From the NCBI GenBank assembly GCA_004764695.1, contig SMSO01000032.1, forward strand, positions 3,504,483 to 3,568,482: DNA of 64,000 nt, given 5' to 3'. Shown piece by piece: positions 11,401 to 18,799 of the stretch; position 1 is the first letter of the stretch, and each line of letters starts with the position of its first letter. Source of the stretch: Schizochytrium sp. TIO01. Its lineage: Eukaryota > Protista > Bigyra: Labyrinthulomycetes. Position numbers and translations under genes: made by a program. A model generated the notes under the pieces. That model did no database searches, had not been told where the DNA came from, and saw only the letters and a program-made list of their open reading frames with translations.

Positions 11401-12304
11401 GCAGCAGCAAAATCAATATGGTGCTGGGGGCTGGCAAGCTCGTGAGAGTTCGCAACAAGCGCAGCAGCAGATGCCGGACTCATTTCAGCGTTCTTCATCA
11501 TCATCCTCATGGTCAAACCAATCGGGTGATGGCGATGGCCCATCGTCGCAGACCCAAGCTCTTCTTCAGCGTCTGAAGCAACAGCATCTTGTCCAACTTC
11601 GCCAGCTTGCCATGATGCTACAAGAAGAGCAAGCAAAGCTTGGTGCTGCTGCTCATACTATGTCTCCTGAGGAGCTTGCTTATAAGCGGCAAGAACTTAG
11701 AGACTATGCTGCACAACAACAGTCTGTTCTGATTCGTCGTCAAAAGGCAGAGATGCAGGAAGTTCACCGACGTCAGCAACACATTAGTCAACAGCCGCAG
11801 CATCAGTTGCAACAACATCACTCCTCTAGTTCCATGGGTGGACAGTATGGCCAATCTCCTCAACATCAACAGCAACATCATCCTCGACATGTGCAGCACC
11901 AGCAACAGCATCCTTCGCAACATCACCACTCTCAAGGATCGCCTCATGATGCTGGAATGTATCATCATCAACAACAACAACAACATCAGCAGCAGCAGCA
12001 GCAGCATCCTGGCCGTTCTATGTCTCAGCAAGAGTTGATGGCCCAGCTTCAGCAGCAACGTGATCGTGCTGTACTGCACCAGCAACAGCAGCAGCAGCTG
12101 ATGCAGAGGCGTCAAGATGAGCTGATGCAAATGCAGCAACAACGGCAGCAGCAGCAGCAGCAGCAACAGCAGCAGTACCAACAGCAAGGTTGGCCTCCTG
12201 GGCGTGGTAGCTCGATGCAACAGAACTATGACCAGCAACATCAACAATATCAAGGCCAGTACCAGGGTGGACATGACCCCCATCAGCACCACTCTCAGTA
12301 CTAA
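5402..12304 (+). CDS. BAZ/WAL-like chromatin reader (ISWI-partner type): DDT - bromodomain - WHIM1 - coiled coil - Tudor/SH3-like segments - PHD - bromodomain - CXXC-like - Q/H-rich tail, 2300 aa
   Basis: Single 6.9 kb ORF; first ATG at 5402 (the track starts at TTG 5360). DDT motif LVDLCTVWKTIMSF...LLLEVHVALMQFLI (~5543-5719); bromodomain EYKKVVEDPISLGTV...YASLNEVVQDVLRVCDNC (~5972-6283); WHIM1 GYAELGVPERCTILAWLCE; PHD CFVCKDGGHVFACDDPMCPKVFHLEC...WYCPLH (9746-9870); second bromodomain (~9900-10230); poly-Q from ~10850. Confidence 0.9.
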   Translation: MMNAAMTQNVPAGAVGSSVVTTAGASNENIARNAALQRALVAARMEELDDALLVDLCTVWKTIMSFHELAEIAPFKLLELEQAVKQQQPSYLLLEVHVALMQFLIRDTVAKREHTSRTSHKRGALSPEQFGVLAIEQLKVGSWELVLQDLITLSLQAGSSRSSSDGDFLLDRRRQKVKVDRARAAETREAAWRKEALAILSGLVESEDAIDMVGPMHEVLDISLDEYKKVVEDPISLGTVYDRLRTEKPQPYASLNEVVQDVLRVCDNCFAYFGLKSPQVEAARRISNVFDELVTAMEAGLDEEDQEDDNGPAETNKESANAANSPAPAGAATPMAKKKKAATRPKSARAKSKTKSKKKGVDEDLEDEIEDNMVVSDDEDAASGDEEINEGGALDERRAALETALEALRKTGYAELGVPERCTILAWLCEGFIETTVVREYMEKAIEDIENHEERVANLENEYRDENGTIREQHDKRIQEVDNQMAHIRKLNKKSGQIVSKKPDVPGVDLVGRTICLKVEGHSQPFRCGLVERVASQREADRKRRTKNPVTPAKKRKRGPKKGGRPGAKRKAGAIGEDGLPIPMDSLNDDEDDEDDDEDDEDEEVANGDAKSEGKPEGTKTEPGVAVAATPKKADGKVAKAEAKSAKAKVKSEAKTKVGKTKAKAEGKDKDKTPKAKKASKVAAAAATNEDADKDMKDEPTVAKKEELNVKEEAKEAKAGEEAVEPASTEATSEETKEKDKEDEDMKDDANKAEDGEIQSGEGFYYSVSYDDDDDRVSGRGILSEAQVRSALVASDVDLGLEDTGGNDFTRYYMYPLDKMTKGSPGQVVWTTYGYGVISSIRENSYVVQLRWGKGPGGFRAKAYLQNKDVLALRVMSSELRQILEDRAQIELEKHKKHIEQTQPGFSQRRTQLEMETANMNLRLRSVPTFSDGNLCIWQIESILLIENQSKDMRVALRTPEDLRKVALGGGPALLVNSGLCDRSEVSTLDSFLAALQRSCVAVATELESSISKADSFLEYRNKLRPESDLIPPMLRAIPALTDDERLSEYEGLRHTMVRIEGNIAALCGMTYRTKLRGDLLGRIQRIGIRGPDGNMSLSREPFVELLRTLETELVAAMGIVGGAAKGLVSKAVSTRKLAVASNGGNDAETKESESNDTADESTGDAASSEVWQIPGLSVSGDLRIRFLRRWLPVRHEWLSVLNASPTIPYLMHLSQYLEQAVHVLLVDFNFEKAKTLFADKKNSPPDFFEPNLGDRVILDLARLEYTCRMEAADHLAARTHCRGEVGKEKDSNKSHQVLGTKGFTSMWASMIRARPKTSPNTLSLQIYSVEYFPGGGEPFCVLTLGNVDKGGSIYGRQVVPNQPEEVMGRARVVGKFCRTLNCGRYILDGNFGFCEEHRKPKELKTKPSVVAKIKDDPEAPTESKDEDPSNPTTKPEEQKTPPEEDSTCFVCKDGGHVFACDDPMCPKVFHLECMQMLSMPAGAWYCPLHDTDVNKTLQEFNRILLNITSKILAMPASEPFIHPVVGQSGYAEVVTRPICLREIRLAALYNRYRTQKDFLEEIDLLSTNCHAWCERRFPQLPPMVDRVVYTAKTALRCAKPKLDELEAKLPSEMQLLEAADAAAADAAANEDTKEEKSGRGRAKRKSTGGLGNKLATSPSAGGAAGRQGRARRGAAIKARTAVQTSISEENGGRDAEVLEDCGDCSNCKIQEEGEVPLLKCNLLRCLTRAGMDNAGPVIKLNLPRRLMLESLDIESLWALPSTTGRVYGITADPVRDTLVMVVPLAARIVTYVMTEEAWRKYTIWDQQRQGVVPIAKPQHQIQQQQQQQMQLQQQQMQLQQQQMQQQQQLQLQRQQQQKAQQQQQMALQAQQQVLQAQAQQAHALARKQHDSHLQAQQQQQLHAQRASLSQSRGYGGQEQHQSALQAQQMMQQARQYQQQQQQQQRPMMRSVQSGTSGAQPGLGSRQGSYSSNGESGYDEGSNSFNGYGGRHSQQDRQQQQQQNQYGAGGWQARESSQQAQQQMPDSFQRSSSSSSWSNQSGDGDGPSSQTQALLQRLKQQHLVQLRQLAMMLQEEQAKLGAAAHTMSPEELAYKRQELRDYAAQQQSVLIRRQKAEMQEVHRRQQHISQQPQHQLQQHHSSSSMGGQYGQSPQHQQQHHPRHVQHQQQHPSQHHHSQGSPHDAGMYHHQQQQQHQQQQQQHPGRSMSQQELMAQLQQQRDRAVLHQQQQQQLMQRRQDELMQMQQQRQQQQQQQQQQYQQQGWPPGRGSSMQQNYDQQHQQYQGQYQGGHDPHQHHSQY
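10850..12300 (+). repeat. CAG/CAA-rich poly-glutamine/histidine low-complexity coding repeat
   Basis: Many interrupted CAG/CAA runs encoding Q tracts in the last ~480 codons of the large ORF. Confidence 0.9.
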
Positions 12305-13044
12305 ATAACAGTAAAAACTATTGTTCATCATAAACAATCAATTCTAACACTCATTTTTCCTTATCAATCTCTTTTCTTGGTACAAAGATACTTCTTTTGT
12401 TCCTAAATGCATTTGAGAGTTTTTCTTCACTTTGTTTAAGTAGAATTACTTTATTGAGCAACGCGGTTTTATTCGTTGTAAAGAGAATTTCTGAAACAAA
12501 CCTAAATCCTGTATATGCTAACGCTGCTTTCATATCACAAATTGCTTACTGCTAGGTATTACATTACCATGGGCCAGAGTATAATGTAACCTCAACTCAA
12601 AAGAATCGGGTGGGTTGTAGCAAAATAAACTTTTACATATATTTTGTACATCATATTTGCTTCATGAGCTGTGGATTAAGCAACTAAAGTTGCAAGGTTT
12701 CAAGGGTGGGTTTAAATATGTGACACTGTTCACCAAGTGATACCTCAATCTATTTAGATATGTATTGCCGAAGAGTTAGCAGCATGACACGCCTTTTCGA
12801 AGAAAAGAACGCAGAGCATGTCAAACGCTTTATGTATGTCCGGACTATATCATAGAAGTACAGATGGGAACTGTGTGGAGTAGTGGGTAGCAAACATCAT
12901 GTATTCATTTAACAGTAACACAAGGAAATACAAGCAAAGACTGCCAAGGGAGAATACATTCCTGTCTTTGAAAAAGATTTACGGATGGGAAGGAAATGGA
13001 TGTACTAATTGATTTGATCACACTATGTACGAATGAAAATGGAT

Positions 13045-13293
13045 TTATTCCTCGTCGTTAAGGCTCAAGCCAGGGAACTGGCCGTTCTCACGCTGCTCAT
13101 CCCAGGCCTCAATGACGGCGTTGGGGCAGAGGCTGCGGGCAAAGTGGAGGGACTGCTTGCAGGCATCCTCGTCCTCACCGGTGCGCTTGAGGCAGAGGAT
13201 CCACTCGTTGTAGCGAGTCCAGCAGTGCTGGTACTGGTTGGTGTTGGGGAAGCGCGGGTCGCGCGGGGTGGTCTTGAGGACGACGTCAGACAT
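13045..13293 (-). CDS. COX6B: Cytochrome c oxidase subunit 6B (COX12), 82 aa
   Basis: MSDVVLKTTPRDPRFPNTNQYQHCWTRYNEWILCLKRTGEDEDACKQ...RSLCPNAVIEAWDEQRENGQFP carries the diagnostic DPRFPNxNQ and four-Cys pattern; ATG at 13293 in AAAATG context. Confidence 0.95.
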   Translation of the reverse strand: MSDVVLKTTPRDPRFPNTNQYQHCWTRYNEWILCLKRTGEDEDACKQSLHFARSLCPNAVIEAWDEQRENGQFPGLSLNDEE

Positions 13294-13315
13294 TTTGGAG
13301 AGACGGACGGTAAAC

Positions 13316-14274
13316 CTGTTTAATTGAAGACACACAATAGTGGACAACGAAATGCCACAGATTACAAGTGGTTAGTTAATCATTTTCTCCCTTTCCCAGT
13401 TAATCTTGCAGTTGGACTTTGGAACCCCTTCTCTACTAGCACTCCTTTACAAACAATTTAATGGCTGCATCTTTCTCAGACTCTCGGTCGTATTTATCTC
13501 TCTGTCCTATTTCTACATGGCCTTTCAATAGATTACTATGGAAGAGTGCTGCCTTGTTAGGATATAACGTATCAATGAACCTTCCTTTATAGAAAGTAAA
13601 ATCGTAAACATATACAGTCATACGATATATTTCCGCCATGTTAAAGGATACAGAAGAGGTCTCCTTTAGCAATTTCATGAGGCGCTAGGTTGTTTCATTG
13701 CAAGTCCAAGGGACGGGCAAATATCGTTGCCGTCTCCGAGGACCGCTATTTCACCATAAAACACCCTCTCACTAGAGAAATAAATCTCAGCCCTATCTTC
13801 TTCTGACAAAACGGCGCGTAAAACGCAACAGCTCAGTCAAAAGCTGGAAACTGATGGACCCAGCCAAACATCGATACGTAAACAGAGAGATCAGAGAAAG
13901 AAATCCGTAAATAGGCAGCATACATATGATGGATACACCACGTGAGCCTAGTAGAGAAGCAGCGACCAAAGAACAGGGAAGAGAACGGCTTAGGCCCAGC
14001 GGGGCGGCTTAGGCGATGTCCTGCACCTCCTAAACATGTCCAACTCAGTCCTCCAAGGCCGCTCTTCACGTCTTCGCTTTGACGAGACAGGGCTTTTCCG
14101 CCTTATTATCCCCTACTAGACGAGGCCTCCTTCCCTTCGCTCGCCATCATGCCGCCATCCGCGCTAACGACGGCGCCGGGCCCAGGCGGGGGTACCAAGG
14201 GTGAGGTTCAAGGTGGGGGTGGACTGGAGGGAGGGGGCGGCGTGCAGCGCCATGCGGCGCGCTCGCGGACTTAC
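13316..14274 (-). other. Probable 959-nt 5'-UTR intron of COX6B
   Basis: Minus-strand donor G|GTAAGT at 14274 in a GC-rich promoter-like region; acceptor AAACAG| at 13316, 22 nt before the ATG. Confidence 0.6.
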
Positions 14275-14988
14275 CGACGATCAGTGCGAAGCAGCGCGCA
14301 AAAGAGGATTGGCGGCCGAGGTGAAACGGAGGACGCGCCCATACCCACCTTAAACATTAAGTCAATTCCCGCACGGTAATAAGGTGCTTCGGACGGGATT
14401 AAGGTGCTCTTCCAGGTGCAGTCAGGCTCTGCAGCAGAGCCGCAGAATAAAGGGTTCTGCAGACCAGGAGGGGGGTACTCTTCACTAACATCTTCTATAC
14501 ACGCAGCTAAACCCAACTATAAACCCCTCTACGTTCCCCACTTAAAGTGAACTTTAATCGCATCAGCCCATTCACGAGGTAGGTGGGGGGGTCCTTTGCA
14601 GCTAGTGCAGTGCCTGAGGACGAGGCTAGGCACACGTAGTTGGGTGTAGGTGGGGTAGGCTACGGTTAAGCTTATGAGGCACATAGGACTCTGTCTCTCT
14701 GTGGAAGAGAGGGAAAGAGGCCATAAGAAATATAGGAATAGAAATCATAGATAGAATTATAAAGTAATAAATGATGGAAAAGAACTTTGATCTTCTTCTG
14801 TGTATGACTTAAGTCAAAGAAAAGAAAGGAAAATAAAATAAAATAAAATAAAATAAAATGAAAGAAAATGAACAGAAGAACAAAAATAAAGAGAATCGAT
14901 GGTGAATATACATATATATATATATATAAACTTAAAGAAAGAACTCGAAAGAAGGAATCGAAGAAAGAACTAAAGAACTAAATAAGCA

Positions 14989-15058
<70 letters not shown>

Positions 15059-16200
15059 TGCAGATTACAGAGCCAACTTGAGCGCTCTGGAGGTACCGCG
15101 GGGCCAAAGGAGGTCGCGCTGTTCCCAGAGAGCGCAGTTAAGGTTGCCGTCGCACCTCCCACAGAGTTTGCCTGTGGCAGACAAGTAGCCAGCCAATCAG
15201 CGACGCCGAGTGCGCCTGGGTTATATATATGATAACATCCACTTTCTTTCAACAGCTGAAGCACCAACGTATCGTATCGTATCGTATCGTTTCAGGTAGC
15301 CAACGCATAGCACCTCCTAGCGCAGCCAAAACCTACCACGCCATGCCAACTGTTGGAGCCAATGCGATGTAGATCAGGGCCATAAAAGCATCCAGACGGC
15401 CCAGAATTTGGGGAGATCCACCGTCACAAACCGCTTCGTTCCATCAGACTAAGGCCGGGAACTGCCGCGATAGACCCGCCCAGTTGGCAAATATCTAAGA
15501 TGCCTGCCTGCCTCTTTCATGTGCCAACTGCGAGAACTTGGCAAGCAAGCCGCGTTCCGTTCTTTTGCGGGAGTGGAACGGCACGTCGACCTAGCACTGC
15601 CTAGCTAGCACCTAGCTAGCCCTCCGTAGCAGTTGTTGCTCAGTAGGGTGGTGAATAGGGGTAATAGTAGGGGTGGGTGAAAAAGAAAGAACTTTGAATT
15701 GAATGGGCGTATGCGAGCAAGAAATGTTGTAGTAGTGACAGAAACAGAACTCGGGTGGCAACTCACTTGGGGACGATGAAAGGAGGAGGCTCCAACCGAC
15801 ACAGATTTGCACAGTAGAGGACCGAGAATCAGTAATGGGATGGCTTTATTCCTAGGTTTTTAGTTTAGTTCCTCCTGTGCTATTATTCTATCCTCCTCAA
15901 AAGTAGGATGTCGTGGGCAGTAGGTACACTACAGGATAGCTAGTAATACTAGTCTTAGTGAGGAGTACGGTGTGTACCATAAGTCCATAGCAGTTGCCGT
16001 TGCCATGGCTTGGAGGCCACAGAGTTTGCTGGTGAAGGCGTCTGAGGGTTCGTGGAGAGGGCGGAGTTGCGATGGGGTACTATTAATTAGGTTTTACAAT
16101 GGAGCTTACGCTTGTGTGAATGGCCGAGGTTTACTTTATTGAGAAAGGTGAAGAAGGAAAGAGCTATTTGATGCTAGCTTTTTGACAGGAGTAAGCCTAA
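13330..16200 (-). pseudogene. Decayed typical-class LRR block covering the COX6B intron and upstream region
   Basis: Minus-strand motifs: LLKETSSVSFNMAEI and FTFYKGRFIDTLYPNK (ORF 13436-13678), LDLQ*NNL, HRLSRPAGPKPFSSL (ORF 13833), VLQLLKESGCYHIYNPGAL and TLTALSGNSATSFGPAV (ORF 14932), PSGCFYGPDLHRIGSNS, RGLLAKFSQLAH, FTFLNKVNLG. Confidence 0.55.
14988..15058. repeat. Compound microsatellite (AAAG)n-(GATA)n
   Basis: Directly visible tandem tetranucleotides. Confidence 0.95.
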
Positions 16201-16289
16201 GACTACTACTAATAGTACTACTAGTGCTGCTCCTGCTAATCTAATCGGTGGGACGAATGTGAGTAGTACTATAGAAAGAGAGAGAATAA

Positions 16290-16640
16290 ATTGAAATTGA
16301 GTTGCTTTGTAAGGCTACGAAATGCATACAATTGGATGGACCACTTTGCAAAGTGCACACTGCAGAGAGGGGACGAGTGTTTCTCTGCTATTTGTTCCCT
16401 GAAGCGAGCATCTTCGTTCCATAGAATTCTTCCAAACTCTATGGAGTTTCTGCATTTTCAAGAATTCTTTTTAAAAAACTGGATTACAGCAATCTTTTCT
16501 TTTCATTAGTTTCAAGACTCAGCAGGTTTCGCGGACGGACTGCTACCTACTATGCTGCTGCCCTTTTGCAATTTTCGTAAAAATGGTTAATTCCCAGTGA
16601 AGGGATCTTTCGATAAAGCAGTAGAGTCTGCATCCATCAT
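16290..16640 (+). pseudogene. Short decayed LRR fragment downstream of the TPR gene
   Basis: ORF 16291: ECFSAICSLKRASS, LPNSMEFLHF, LKNWITAI; then FRKNG*FPVKGSFDKAVE. Confidence 0.45.
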
Positions 16641-16774
16641 ATAAACTGGTGCCTCAAATAGAGTGAAGTGCGGGGGAAAGAGAGAGAGAGAGAGATCGTT
16701 GATCATGCTAAAATTTGTGCGCAAAAGTACGAGCGAAATTCAACAATAATGAAGACAAGACGAAGAAAATTTCA

Positions 16775-18712
16775 TTACACAGAGACAGGGTTTGCTGAGG
16801 AGGTCAGATGTTTGTTCACGACAAGGAGATTGTGCGATACATCCTCGCGGATCCTCTCCGCGGAGGGCGAATCAAGATTATTTGATTGGGCACGCAGGCG
16901 GCCTGCAGCTCGTGGTGGGATGTGGAGTTTTGGCTGCTGAGCGTTAGACGATTGGTGCTTTTGTTCCTGTTGATCAGGTTTTGTGGGAATCTTGCTGGTC
17001 GAAGACTGGGACTCAAGGTTATTGGTCTGATCAACATGAACCTGCTGTTTGGGGGCACTGGTATTGCTGTTGTTGCTCGTACTGGTACCCGAGGTCGGTG
17101 AAGCTTCCTCGTTATCGTGATTATGAATGTCATGTCGACTTGAAAATCGTGCACTAGAAAGGCGCATGCGAAGACGGGAGCTCGCATCAGATGCCGAGGA
17201 GGCAAAGTGGCGAGCAGCATTCGAGGCTGCAGCGAAGGAGGACGACGCAGTTGATGGCGCAGTAGGTGGCTCTTCAGCAGACTGATTCGGATCAAGCATA
17301 GCCGCAGCATTTTCAAGGTATTCTTTAGCAGCGCCGAGGTTATGGCGGGAGAACTGAAGGGCTCCAAGTTGCGAGAGAATGTCAGCCTCAAGTTCAGTAT
17401 CAGGGTCATCGCATTCGCGGCAGATTTGCAAAGCGGATTCGAAGAGCTCCTGCGCACGCGCAAAGTCCTTACGTTCCACATCAAAAGATCCCACAAGCAT
17501 TAGAGTTCGTGCATGCTTGGGGCTGCGAATCGAATAACATTCAAGAGAAGCAGCAAGTGCCATCTCGCAATGTTCCATGGCAGCGTTCTTTTCATGCACA
17601 TCTAACAATGCGTTGGCGAGCTCCAAATGCAGCACAATGGCCTCAGGAAAAGCTCCTCCATTATGTAAATTTGTCTGGCGATGCAAGACATCACGTAGAA
17701 TGGCGACCGGTGCTCGGAGTTGCGACACATCAGATTCACCTGCAGCGCCCTTGGACAAAAGATCGCTAAGCGCGGCTTGCTCCAACCCATCGGAGAGGTC
17801 GACAAGCTTGTCAAGATAGTCCTTGTTGCTATGGGTAATCTTGTGGTATACCTTGTCTACGAGTTCGATGGTTACTTCATCGGGTGCGCTTGCAATGGGC
17901 CGTTTCAAGCCAACACCAAACTCCACGCGAGATGCCTTTGTGCGGTGAAGCTCCCATGAGTAGGTCCAAGAATCAATGATTGTGAAGACTGCAACAGTAG
18001 GCAGAGGACAAACAATGCCACGCGCCGAAGCTGAGTGCGTGGTTGGCTCTAGCCCTTCATCGGAAATAAAATCGAAAAACAAAGTCTGTGCCTTGCGAGA
18101 GCGCGCAAAAATCTGGACTTGGCGCGCAAAGTCTGAAAATGTGCATTTACCAGCGGCAATGCAATGGATGGTGCTAGGGTCTACACGCCTGTTCAAGAGA
18201 CCAGCTGAAATTGGATTGAGGTCTTTAAGAACGAACTCATAGACGTCAAAGATAGTCCAATCATAGTATGATAGCTCCCTCAGCTGCCCACGAGTAGGGC
18301 GGATTCTCATGCCTGCGTGTTCGATGTAGCCATCTTTACTGATGCGAACAGTAGCGCCGCGTTCAATCAAAACATGGTTGTTGATTCTGTCTTCCTCGCT
18401 CTCAAAAATGTCTTCTTCCACTGCATAGAGTTGGACATCAAATTTGCCCTGCTCTAAGTCGTTGACTAATTTTGTAAAGGCCTTGAATGAAGTGGCCTCG
18501 TACCTGCCAGCGTCACTTGTGCTGCGCATGCTTCGAATAGAAGACGCTGCTGCAGAGCCATGGTGACTGTGAATATCGCCTTTAAGGACATGCACGAGCT
18601 TGGATGCCCATGAGTGATGTTTATGTTTGGACTGAGTCTCCCGAATGTGATCCCTTGACAGGTTTTCTGACTTGGATGGCTTTCGCCTGCTCACACGTGA
18701 CGTGAACGGCAT
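16775..18712 (-). CDS. TPR-repeat protein (kinesin-light-chain-like TPRs) with a globular middle domain and S/T/Q-rich tail, ~645 aa
   Basis: Long uninterrupted ORF; first ATG 18712 (GAAAACATG). TPR-like helices HARTLMLVGSFDVERKDFARAQELFESALQI and EADILSQLGALQFSRHNLGAAKEYLENAAAM (~17280-17640). Confidence 0.85.
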   Translation of the reverse strand: MPFTSRVSRRKPSKSENLSRDHIRETQSKHKHHSWASKLVHVLKGDIHSHHGSAAASSIRSMRSTSDAGRYEATSFKAFTKLVNDLEQGKFDVQLYAVEEDIFESEEDRINNHVLIERGATVRISKDGYIEHAGMRIRPTRGQLRELSYYDWTIFDVYEFVLKDLNPISAGLLNRRVDPSTIHCIAAGKCTFSDFARQVQIFARSRKAQTLFFDFISDEGLEPTTHSASARGIVCPLPTVAVFTIIDSWTYSWELHRTKASRVEFGVGLKRPIASAPDEVTIELVDKVYHKITHSNKDYLDKLVDLSDGLEQAALSDLLSKGAAGESDVSQLRAPVAILRDVLHRQTNLHNGGAFPEAIVLHLELANALLDVHEKNAAMEHCEMALAASLECYSIRSPKHARTLMLVGSFDVERKDFARAQELFESALQICRECDDPDTELEADILSQLGALQFSRHNLGAAKEYLENAAAMLDPNQSAEEPPTAPSTASSSFAAASNAARHFASSASDASSRLRMRLSSARFSSRHDIHNHDNEEASPTSGTSTSNNSNTSAPKQQVHVDQTNNLESQSSTSKIPTKPDQQEQKHQSSNAQQPKLHIPPRAAGRLRAQSNNLDSPSAERIREDVSHNLLVVNKHLTSSANPVSV

Positions 18713-18799
18713 GTTTTCTTCAGCGTCCTCTATTCTGGTAATGGTACCCTCCAAGAACCCAAGAATTAGAAGCAGCTCAAATCAGGGTTTGAATGTCTT

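Noticed and set aside
5671-12337. Many minus-strand and off-frame ORFs, including poly-Leu and poly-Ser ORFs
   Set aside because: Shadows of the large + strand gene and its poly-Q and acidic tracts
13033-13323. 96-aa + strand ORF
   Set aside because: Antisense shadow of COX6B
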